Source of the DNA: Octopus sinensis
Lineage: Eukaryota
Reading direction: 5' to 3'
DNA: 49,309 nucleotides
NCBI RefSeq assembly: GCF_006345805.1
Contig: NW_021834368.1
Location: forward strand, 1-49,309
The first letter of the stretch is position 1. Each line of letters opens with the position of its first letter. Below, one piece after another: positions 37,673 through 49,309 of the stretch. The notes under the pieces are model-generated. The model searched no databases and was not told the origin of the DNA. It saw nothing but the letters and a program-made list of their open reading frames with translations. The translations under genes were made by a program, and so were the position numbers.

Positions 37673-39079
37673 GGAGGATATTCCATCAGAGGTCGACGTT
37701 GCCTGACTGGTGGCGGCAATCACCTTAGGCTTAGAGGAAAAAATAATCCTCCAAGCAAACAAAATCAAACAGCAGAACTGGCAGGAACAGAGATTAGAGA
37801 TGCTAATCGAGGCTGCCCCTGCGGACTTCGAGGAGATTGTTGACACAATACTGGTGGGTGAAGACACCAAGCTAAGAGTTATGGTGGAGGGTAGAAAGCC
37901 TTGTTGTTTTTAGTGCGGCCGTTCATATTTTGTCTGTGATGTTCTGGTCTGGTGCATTTTGCTCATCATTATACATTCCTTCGGTTTGGGTTTGTTGTCT
38001 TTCGTTGTTTACTTCGTTTTTGATAGATTTGTTAGTCTGTTTTTGTATTTTATAGTCCCAGTGATTGTGATATTATTGTGTAATTATTATCTACGTTTTC
38101 CTAGTGTATATTTCATTTTAAGTGCTCTATTTCTATTTCTGATATGTATGTTAGCTTGTTTATTGCTGTATCCAAATCTTCATCTACATTACTTTTCTGA
38201 TATGTATGTTAGCTAGTTTATTAAGGTTTATTGCTGTATCCAAATCTTCATCTACATTACTTTTCTTCCAGATTTTATATATATATGTTGTTGTGTCTTC
38301 GTTCTGTGGGTAGAGCACTGCTGTAAAATAAGCGAATAGGATTGAAATATATTCCTCACGTGTCTATCTATGCTTTTTTTAATGATATTTGCGGGATATG
38401 AGGAATAACGTTCATCCCTTTATTCTTCTTCTTCTTCTTCTTCTTCTTCTTCTTCTTCTTCTTCTTCTTCTTCTTCTTCTTCTTCTTCTTCTTCTTCTTC
38501 TTCTTCTTCTTCTTCTTCTTCTTCTATACTCTCAACAAATCGGAGAGATTCGATAGATTTTTATGTGTTCCTGTTAGGTATTTTAACCAGAAGTTGGTGA
38601 TTTTATTATTATTCTGTTTTATTTTGCTTTACATTTGCACAAGCTGGGTCCAAGTCTCACCCAGAGACCTCAAGAGACAACAAGTTGGAAGTTCATGTTG
38701 GTGTTATGCCTAGGGTGCCATTTATTTGGTTTTGTACTTAGTGTTGTACTAGTGAATGCCTAAAAAACCATACGAAAATTAGGTTTGTTTTAAAACTTGA
38801 GATTACATAGAAAGTATTTTGCGTAGGATATGAGCAGTTCCCATGAGCACTATCTGTTGAATTTCTGCCATTTTGGGGTTTCCTGGTTTTGAGTTAGGTA
38901 GCAATCAGCCGCTTTTGCTATCATTCCCAGGGCACCTATGGCAACAGGTATTGTTTTAGCTTTCAGGTTCCACATTTTGCTGATTTCTATTTCCAGCTCT
39001 TTATATTTGCTCAGTTTCTGGCAGGTCTTGACAGATACGTTTATATCGATTGGGACAGTCATATCAATGAGGAAGCATG

Positions 39080-39130
<51 letters not shown>

Positions 39131-39730
39131 GAGTGAGAGAGCAGTTCATGCCATCAAAGTGACACTGGGGTAAAATATACGAAGCCCAATATACCCATCA
39201 TGACTACCCGTCTGATAAAGGTACACCAGGCACATGCATCAGAACCATATGTGCGCGACATGGTGATCTCATATCAAGATAAACAGCACATGATTTTGCA
39301 GGTGGGGCCCAGTTAGAATTTTCTTCAGGTTCAGTAGCCCATCCTGCTCAAAAGGTCCCTGAATAAGGGTTGCTTTAGGATGTTGAACGAAACACCTATG
39401 TTTCCAGAGGTGAATTATTCAAACCCCAAAGAATCCCTCTCAACACACGGCCATGATGCTCCACCACTACTTCTGCTCGTGATCAGAGATGCACATATCG
39501 TCAGCCACTAAGGGACATGCTCAACTGGTTAAGGCCAAACAACTGACAAGCAAATCTGTGGTATTGAGCAGAATATTTGCTGTAGCCCATCTTTTATACC
39601 AAGACAAAACAATGTACATGATAACACTTCCAATCAGTTAAGATCAGAAGCCATGAGAGCCACTGCCTGGTACTGCATCAGTGAGAGCCACTGCCTGGTA
39701 CTGCATCAGTTATTATTATTATTATTATTA

Positions 39731-39782
<52 letters not shown>

Positions 39783-40203
39783 CATACACTCAACAGATTA
39801 GACGGTTGGAAAAGAAAAGAAACCTAACATCGGGCTACAACAAGTAGATTTAGATGCCAAGAATCTTCATAAGTACTTTAGCTGTCCCTAATAACACTGT
39901 TTTCCTCAGCTGTACTTCACTGGGTTTTTTACCTATTTCCTTTATCCAGCTGTTCACATCTTTAGGGCTAGTTCCCAATGCACCTATAACTACTGGGATA
40001 AATTTTACCCGCTCTTTCCATAGTCTTTGTAATTCATTATCTAGGTTCTGTTACTTTGCTATTCTGCCTATGCTTCACATGGGACAGAGAAACTCACTGT
40101 ATTAAATTAATCACATCAGATTGTTCATTTACAAAACCCTGTAATAGAGATGTGAGTGTTTTTTTCATTTTTGCGTAATTTAGACGACAATTTATTCACC
40201 GCA

Positions 40204-40254
<51 letters not shown>

Positions 40255-40353
40255 TTAATCCAAACAAGAAAGCACAAAAAAAAACACAACAACGCGAGGA
40301 CGTGGAACAAATATAGTATTATTGGACGCTCAGGAAAGAAGGAAAGAAGGAGG

Positions 40354-40388
40354 GTTTAACGTTTCGAGCGGAGCTCTTCGTCGGAAAC
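40354..40388 (-). ncRNA. Minimal type-I HHR, CCGACGA variant, perfect stem II
   Basis: gttt-CCGACGA-a gagc tcc gctc-GAAA-CG-TT-aaac. Confidence 0.65.
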
Positions 40389-40479
40389 ATAGGAGAAGGA
40401 AAGATCTAGAGAAAGGAAGACAGAGGAAAAAAATCGCCAACGGTACGCACGAGGTCACATTTTGAAAGCAAAAATTTGA

Positions 40480-40685
40480 AACCCCAAATGTCGCCAGATC
40501 AATCCAGCCAAATCCGAGATCGGTCTGGTGAGCAAACACATATTAAGAGATATCAATAACAGCATAAGAAGACCCACCAACCTTTCCCTGTAACGCAGCA
40601 CCAGCGAAGTGACCGCATGGTTTAACACCTACAAGGGAAGAGGCAAAGCAAGGTTCACCCAATTTGTTATAGTCGATTTTTACCC

Positions 40686-40733
<48 letters not shown>

Positions 40734-43700
40734 ACGGAAAACCCAGGGTAATCCCATGAATGAGCATTCCCCAGTTTTAAAATATACACTGCTCTACAAC
40801 TTAGAGCGTGCTTCTTCTCCGGATTTATGTTTTCTACGAACGATTCTTTTCGGTCCCTGGCCAGAGTTTTTCACAAAGACAACGTGGTTTCTGTTAAACA
40901 GATGACCAGTGCCGTGCATCTACATATATGCGGAAACCACGGGTCTCTCATAAATATGGAATGATTTGAGCTCAGATACTCCACCAAAAACATCCCCACG
41001 CCATCCAACGAACTATACACCCGCATGCTGCTGGAAAAGATAATGGACGTGATTAGGCGTATGAGGTAGAATGCTTTCTGCTACGACCTAGCCGCACCAT
41101 CCCCGGAGGGTAACAACTATAGCAGTAGATCGAGAAAACACCCACCCAGAATCAAGGACCTCGAATCCTTGGAGGCGGACCTGCTGGGAATCATCCCAAA
41201 ACAGAAATTCCGAAAGTCCCTTTACTCCTTCCAACGCAAGCTCCGGGCCGATATTACATTATTAAAACTCAGATAAGTCCCTAATCTTCTCCGATAGACA
41301 CCCTAGAGTATGATAGACTACTAGAAAATAACGGCACACAAAATTATAGGATCTCCCCCACACAAATATAGCGACATTAACAGTGAAGCCAAAAAATTAG
41401 CTAACGAACAAGAGATAGAAGACAAGGTAGAGATCCTTGCTAAAAGAAACGCTTTCATCACCATAAAAGATTATAAACGGAACTTTTCCTCAAACCTCAA
41501 ATGTCGCCAGATCAATCCAGCCAAATCCGAGATCGGTCTGGCGAGCAAACACATATTAAGAGATATCAATAACAGCATAAGGAGGCCCACCAACCTTTCC
41601 CTGTAAAGCAGCACCAGCGAAGTGACCGCATGGTTTAACAGCTACAAGGGAAGAGGCAAAGCAAGGTTCACCCAATTTGCTATAGTCGATCTTTACCCGT
41701 CTATATCAAAAGGGCTTCTGGTCAAGGCGCTTTCTTTCACTAGGGGCTTCGCCAGCATTAGCGACAGAGATGTAGAAATTATCATGCATGCCAGAAAGAC
41801 AGTGCTGTTCAACAAAGGTTCGGCATGGGTCAAGCAATCCGACCCTACGGGCTCCTTTGACGTAGCGATGGGAGTCTACGACGGCGCTGTTGTATGCGAT
41901 CTCATCGGGTTGTATATTCTAGATAACCTTAAGAAAAAGTTTCTCTTTGTCCGCTTTTTGCAACTACAGAGGCAGCAAGCGGACATACATTAGGCAGGAT
42001 TAAAAAAGACACTTAATCAGTACGCTAGCCTCCTTGAGATTGAAGATCAGCATAAAGACCAACTTCACGTTCAACTTGGGCGCCGGTACTTACAGGCCCT
42101 ATCGCAAACCAAACGAGAAGCTAACGCACATCAACATAGCCTCCTGCCACCCACCCATCCTGTTCAAGAACCTCGTAGAGGGTGTTTAGTAAGAAGATTA
42201 CGAGCCTTTCCTCCAACCAAGAGGCTTTCGATGCAGCGGCCCCGTACTATAACGAGGCCCTCGTTGACAACGGACTTAGGGACCGCATCACCTACATGCC
42301 AAAACCCAACAGCCGCAGAAATACCATTTATCTTGCTTCCTCACCACTTCTCCCTTAAAACAATAACGTCCGTAAGGAGACTATTCATTAAGTTAGTAGA
42401 CAAGCATTTCACTAGCTCTCATAGGTGCGGCTCATCTTCAACAGGCACAACGTTAGGGTCTCGTTTAGCTATGCCCCCAGTTGTAAGAGTATTGTAGTTA
42501 GTGCCCCTAAGCCACAGGAAGAGGCAGGTTGTTCATACAGGGCCCGCAAGAGTTGCTCGACAGGAAGCTTCTGCGAACCCAAAGGGGTCGTTTATCAAGC
42601 CGAAGTATTAGTGAACCCTGGCAATACCACCGGCAGAAGTAATAGCAGCCAATAGTTATGAGAACAGAACCAACAACACCACCACCATCGCCGCAGTTGA
42701 CAGCATTAACAACGTTAGCAACAGCAGCATCACAGACAGCATTGGCAGTCCTCCCGTTGGCAGCATCACTGACAACAACAACAGCAGCATCACCACCAAC
42801 ACCAACCTTACCAATAACCAATAGAAGCAGCAACAGATCCAGTGCCAACGTCAGCCGTAACAGCAGTAGCAGCAGTAGCAGCAGCAGCAGCAGCAGTGGC
42901 CCTAGCAGAAGCACCGGCGTAACCACGACTAATGTCACCCCTAGCAACAGTGGCAGCTCCTCCACCATTGGTGAAGACCGCAATAATAACAACAATAACA
43001 GCAATATTAACAACAACAGCGCCTTAACCGTAACCGGCAGTGGCGGTAGCATTGCTGACGCCACCACTACCTCTAAGAACGTCAACGCCAGCAGAGCCAG
43101 CCAGCTGAAACATTCCGTGAGGAATAGGAATTGGAAGGATAGCTATTTCCAAACAACAGCAGCAACAGCGACAACAGGTGGAACATCGACAACACGCGCA
43201 GTGGCGATAATATTACCGTCGTCACCACCACATTCAGCGACGCTAACACCAGCAGCCCCAGCTCCAGTAACAACAATAACAGCAGCAACAGCAGGAGGCG
43301 AAATGCCCCAGTGGTTAGGGCAGCGGACACGCGGTCGGAGGATCGCAGTATCGATTCCCAGACCGGGCGTTGTGTGTGTTTATTGAGCGAAAACACCTAA
43401 AAGCCCCACGAGGCTCCGGCAGGGGGTGGTGGCGACTCCTGTTGTACTCTTTCGCTCCAACTTTCTCTCACTCTTTCTTCCTGTTTCTTGTCCTCGACTT
43501 CCTACGCAACCGCTGAGCCTTGATGCGCATTCATCCATCCGTCGATGCTCTCGGTGTCGGGGGTTGACCTGCTTTCTCTTCTGCGGGTCTTACGAATAGC
43601 AAAGGACCACGTTTCGGACTTCTCCCACTAATGGGACGAAGACCGCTTCGCTCAACAAACAAGCAGCAACAACAGCAACAAGTGCAGCACCGACAACATG

Positions 43701-44200
43701 CGCCTACGGAAATGCATTGAATGTACTGGGAATTCTCTCAAGCAGCGTATCTCCAGCCATAGGTCCTCCTTCAGAGTTCTGGAAAGGAGGTACGTAACAT
43801 CGCTGGCCAATCACGTCTGGCAACTAAGAGACAATGGGATCTCATGGTCGATCTCATGGAAATTACTAGAGACCCCAGGCCCCTACATCAACGGGACGAA
43901 GCGTTGCAAGTTATGCATAGCTGAACGCGCGAGCATCCTAAAACACTCACTCGAACCAGGGAGCACCCCTAACTCCAGAACGGGGATTTTAATTGTGTAT
44001 TGATATATGAAGATTGTTACAGAGTTGAATTGTGATCCTTTTCGTTAGGTCTTCCAGTCAAATGAAGGCTTGTGGCTTAGTGATTAGGGTAGACGTCTTA
44101 CGCTCGATAGGTTGTGAGCTCGGTTTCTGGTGGCGTGTTGTGTCCGTGAACAAGACGCTTTATATCATGTTTCTATAGTCCACTGGGCAACGTTGTTGTT
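40480..44200 (+). mobile_element. Decayed Penelope-like element, right copy, with extra upstream RT sequence
   Basis: KNIPTPS, TIKDYKRNF, ORF 41622-41993 RT core, GIY-YIG 42500-44003; 40480-40690 duplicates 41490-41703. Confidence 0.9.
43294..43660 (+). mobile_element. tRNA-SINE (mirror of 21611-21976)
   Basis: Same head and body. Confidence 0.75.
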
Positions 44201-44841
44201 TATGTTTGGAACATTAGTATTAACATTTCGAGAGCTTTTTGACCTCATCATCAAAATGAAATAATGGTAATTATAACGTTGTTCGCACACTATGCAATAT
44301 GTTGCGAAAGATCATGGCGATACTGCTATAACTATATTTTAAAACATCTGTATTTAATTTCTCTATAAAATTGTAGTATAATCAACTAATGATTGTTGTT
44401 TTCTATTTAGTATTATTTCTTGTACTGTATAATAATGTATTGTGGTGACCTCTCGATTAAAAAGGAGACGAGTAATCATGGAATGTTCACCAATAACAAA
44501 ACGCAAACCAACATTCATTGTGCTTCTGATGGTGAAAAAAATAAGGCAATATTTAATGTATATGATGTTGAACAAATTTATAAGTGACTTCATTTGAAAA
44601 ACACTGTTTTCTTCTTTTATTTTTCATATTTTGCATCTTTCAATCGTTGCACTGCGGTCATGCTAAGAGTACTTTCTTGTTGAGTTTTGTCTAAGAAATC
44701 AGTAACTGTACTTACTTGTTAAAAGGTTGGTACTTACTTTATCGTTCTCTTTTGATGAATTGCTAAGATAATGTACCAAAACTAATCGCCACGTGATGTG
44801 TGAAGGGGAACAAATATAAACGCACACACATATGTATGTAC

Positions 44842-44882
<41 letters not shown>

Positions 44883-45179
44883 GGAGGAGAGAAAAGAAAT
44901 TCAAAGATCGATGTATATATTCATTCAATCCATATTAACGAAATTCTGCATAGTATAAATACATATATAGATGCATTCATCTGTATGATATATAAAATTT
45001 CATAGACATATAAATATTTATAAACACATAAAAATTCATAGATATAAATACATAAAAATATAAGTCCATAAGTGTACTTGCGACGTCCGAATGTTTAAAT
45101 TTCAATCAATGAAGTGGATGATAAAGTGAATATAAAATGATTCATAAGCAATCTGGAGCATGTATAAAATCTATGTATA

Positions 45180-45270
45180 AAGTCTTACGGCCGTTTCGAA
45201 AACATATAGGATGCTATGGGCGAGCTAAATCCAACCATCGCAATACTCTATATTTCTCTCATCAGAGTTA
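45180..45270 (-). ncRNA. Type-I HHR with intact core but weak stem I
   Basis: ct-CTGATGA-gagaaatata...tatatgttttc-GAAA-c ggcc g-TA-ag; left-arm copy has ATGATGA. Confidence 0.55.
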
Positions 45271-45430
45271 ATATAATCATTTAGAAGAAATGGCGTTTTC
45301 TCTCCTCCTTAATTTTATATTCCTGAAGCTCTATCAGAGCGCTAATTGGTTGAGTTGTATAAAGTGGATATCTATATCACTTATTTCTTCATTATATACA
45401 TACATATATATATGTATGTAAGTATATATG

Positions 45431-45510
<80 letters not shown>

Positions 45511-45543
45511 ACTTACACGCACGCACACACACACACACACACA

Positions 45544-45594
<51 letters not shown>

Positions 45595-46751
45595 CATATT
45601 TATATAATGATGAACTTTATATAGTGCTCAGGTACACTACAACTCATCAGAAAAAGTATTCAAAACTGTATGAATCGTACATAGAATATGCACAGTAAGT
45701 GAACACCGTAAGAGTCTTTTAGAAAAAAAGGAAGAAGCAGAAACAGGTGTAAGGGGCGTCAGGTGTACTGTAAGCGAACTTCAAGAAGAATAGAAGTTTT
45801 GAAGGACGTAGTGACTTGACAGCCGATAACAGATGAAGGTAATTTATTCCATGCTTCTACAATTGTGAGCGTAAAAAAAATGTTTCTGAAAATAATGGGT
45901 GCTGTGTTCTGTAAGCATGTCCACAAGTGTTAGACTTCTGGAATGCCAAACGTTGTTGGAAAGATAATGAATAATCTTGTAGGTATCTAGCAAGTCAGTT
46001 GCCCGATGTCGGAACTTTAATGTGTCCATGTTCACGGAAGCAAGATGTTCAGTGTACGGCAGATATTCGTCTGTTTGCACGTTTCTGAACAGTTTTCAGG
46101 AGACTTATGTGCCGAGCAAGATAAAAATTCTAAACTGGTGATGCAAACTCTAAGGGTTGACGTACCATAGATATATGCAGCTTTAAATAGATAGCTGTAG
46201 AGTGGCTGACATAGATCTTACTGGGTATTGCTGAGACACTCTCAGCTTTCTTGACTATCTTAGACGTAGTTTGTCCAATGCAGATTGTTGTTGATAATAG
46301 CACCCATCTCACGTTCACTAACATACTTGTTAGAATTGGTACTGTTGAGGGAGCTTGTAAAAGCTGGGTTTTTTCTCTCGTATTACATGGTGATGCACTT
46401 GGAAATCCAATGCAGTTGGAAATCCAATGCTAGATTTAATTGGAGGAAAGATCTATAGTGTATAGGACCTATTTCTTTTATCTCAAGGTACAATTTAATA
46501 TAATTTGCATATTTCAACTCTGTAACATTCTTCAACTTGGCATATATATCCTTTTTCCAGTGACGAAAAGTCACTGATCTCGAAAAAGGGTAAATGTGGC
46601 TAAACAGATAGATAGGTACATAGGTAATACGGACAAACAAGCACACACACGCATACACACACGCACACATACAAACTCATGAAAGTTACTGGAAAAAGGA
46701 TATATATATATATTCATTTGGAACCTCGTCACATCAACCACCGGTGATTGT

Positions 46752-46795
46752 CACACGCTGATGACGGGTCAATATCCAGAAACTCGGTCCGTGTG
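46752..46795 (+). ncRNA. Minimal type-I hammerhead ribozyme; predicted cleavage after C46789
   Basis: cacacg-CTGATGA-cgggtcaatatcca-GAAA-ctcg-GTC-cgtgtg. Confidence 0.75.
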
Positions 46796-48124
46796 TATAA
46801 CGTCAGGTTGCAGATGAGAAGGATGGCTTCCCTTTGCAAATACTGATAGGGCATCCACCCTTAAGGTTTAGCCACATTCATCATTGAGGGACCAAAATTC
46901 ATCCAACAGAATAACTTTTTAAACTTCAATGAGAACATTTACAGAAAAAAATCTGTAAGTTTATAAAGCTAGTAATTTTTAGTGGTGTGTTTGGGTAAAC
47001 TGACCATTCATCACAATGATATAAAATTACAACCTTAATATATAATTCAACGAGTGGTCAAACTAAGAAGTTATTTATGACCACTACCATCTCATCCAAG
47101 ACAACATCCTTTTCCAGCTCTATAGTATTTTATCTCTTTATCTCTTATTCTACTTTATCATTTTATTTCTTTTGTTAAATTATTCCAATTTTGGTCAATC
47201 TTATATGTGTATCTAACTATATTATACTTATTAGAGTTAAACAATATTTATTAAAAAATACATAAAATAATGATTTTTCTTATAGACGAAACTCCATTAA
47301 CTAAATCTGATACTTAAAACATTAGGATCAGTTACATATAATGTATCAGTTACATTGCTAAAGTTTTGTGCAGTATTAAATAAATTAACGCCCAACGAAA
47401 TCTGATACTTAAAACATTAGGATCAGTTACATATAAATATATCAGTTACATTGCTAAAGTTTTGTGCAGTATTAAATAAATTAACGCCCAACGAAATCTA
47501 ACTATAAACATATACAGGAACACAAAACTAACAAGAGTATAACTAGGTTAAAGTTATATTTTTTTAAGCTAAAATATATCTGATACTTAATGCATTATAT
47601 CAATACATTTATTTTGTCAAATATTTAAGATAATAAAATAGAGCAAAGTGATAGAAAAATGTATTTATCTGCGAAGATATATTGTAGCTTAAAAAAATAT
47701 AACTTTAACCTAGTTATACTCTTGTTAGTTTTGTGTGTTTGTGTTCCTTTAGATGTTTATAGTTAGATTTCGTTAGTCGTTAATTTATTTAATACTGCAC
47801 AAAACTTTAGCAACAGTCAGTGATTATGTAATGCGGCTGTCGACAAAATCAGTAAGGTTCTCTTGAAGCTGGTGCTAAGGCAAGAACAGGCTTTCAAATC
47901 CATCGACATTCATTGATCATTTGACTGCAGCCATACTGGAATCCCGCCTGTAACAGAATAAATCGACTTATTCTTTGGGAGTCTATAACTTATTCTATTG
48001 GTTGCTATTGCGGAACCGCTAAGTTAAGGGGACATAAACACACAAACTTCGGTTGTCAAGCGAAGTGGAGCAAAAACACAAGCACACAAATATATATATG
48101 AACCTTGAAACATGTGGTTGGGAA

Positions 48125-48196
<72 letters not shown>

Positions 48197-48423
48197 GATA
48201 TATACATATACATATATATATGCATGTATGTATATATATATGACTTGTTATGTTTATCGCAAGAGATTTTCTATAGAAATTCTAGCCACCACTGATTTGT
48301 TACGAAGTTTCGTAATGAAAACAACAATGCGGTCGTAGATTTTAAAAAATGGGAAATGTGTGTATAAGCTATATCTCTTGAGTTCCCAGCAAAAATTTTC
48401 ATCTTCGATCTTACATATGTATG

Positions 48424-48482
<59 letters not shown>

Positions 48483-49309
48483 ATATGACAGGCTTCTTTC
48501 AATTTCTGCTACGAAATCCATCACCAGTACACATGTCTAAGGTGCAACGCCGTGGAACTGAACCAAGAATCATATTGTTAGAAAGCAAACTTCATACAAC
48601 ACCCTGATAAGCTTATTTAAATAATAATCGATCGCGACAAATCCTGTCACTGTTTTACCTGTGTAAAAGCAGTCGTCTCCTTTTCGCTCATTGTTGAACA
48701 ATACTTCCAGGGGAGAACAACACATCTACGCAGATGACTGTAAAACTATTTTAAATTTCAGAAAAATAAGACAAATATTTTAAGTGGAATAGTGGAGAAT
48801 CTGAAAATATATTTGTACTAATTTTATATATCAGAAAGTGTAAATTATTCACAAAACTGCATTTAGATCGTAAAATCCAGCAGACCGTATCAACGTTATA
48901 AATCTCAGTACTTGCCTGATCTTAAAATGTCTACATTTAGAAAAGACAGTTGTTTTAAAGTTTGTTTACTGATTGTAGCTGTCAGTTTTGTCTGTTTTGT
49001 CCTTTCAAAATTCCAGGTAAGTAAAACTTTGTAAATAGCCATTTTACCAACGTATTTGTGCGCTTTTCTATTTTTACTAAACTTACAGATATGTGTGTGC
49101 GTATACATAGCAACACGCCTAATATTGAAAATCCATCCGTCTGTTTCTTTCTCTCTTTTTCCATTTCTTACAAAGGTCATCTAAAAAATGCAAAAGGACA
49201 AAAGAAGAAAAAAAACCCAGATTTTTAAAACACGCACACCCATGTTCTCTCTCGTTCATCTTCCCCATCCCTCTATTTCATGGAATTCTGGCGCACACAA
49301 TATGTACGT

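Larger units (their letters stand above)
37672..49309 (-). repeat. Right arm of giant inverted duplication (probably extends beyond the window)
   Basis: Last base 49309 pairs with 10991; first base 37672 pairs with 29418. Confidence 0.95.

Noticed and set aside
10991-49309. Giant inverted repeat as the TIRs of one Polinton/foldback transposon
   Set aside because: The arms consist of ordinary nested TE debris, and the spacer has no transposase, integrase or polymerase.

Overview
AT-rich, microsatellite-saturated animal genomic DNA, most likely an octopus or related cephalopod (inferred from recalled tRNA-SINE sequences and the repeat landscape; not verified by search). There is no intact host gene, only one or two candidate exons. 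The window is a nest of decayed retroelements: RTE, two CR1-group LINE families, R4/Dong, Tx1/L1, several Penelope-like (PLE) families, tRNA-SINEs and a mariner-derived palindrome. Three higher-order structures stand out. (1) A giant inverted duplication: left arm 10991-29418, right arm 37672-49309 (running off the window), with an ~8.3 kb spacer and reciprocal private indels. (2) About 13 type-I hammerhead-ribozyme (HHR) motifs from at least 7 sequence-distinct pLTR-like families. These include two apparently intact HHRs of opposite polarity inside a 640-bp hairpin cassette (33870-34510). (3) A graded series of fold-backs (19 bp to 670 bp arms) in which HHR-bearing termini are copied in inverted orientation, usually beside (TA)n. 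Ribozyme folds were assigned by hand, identities are eye estimates, and many TE boundaries are approximate.
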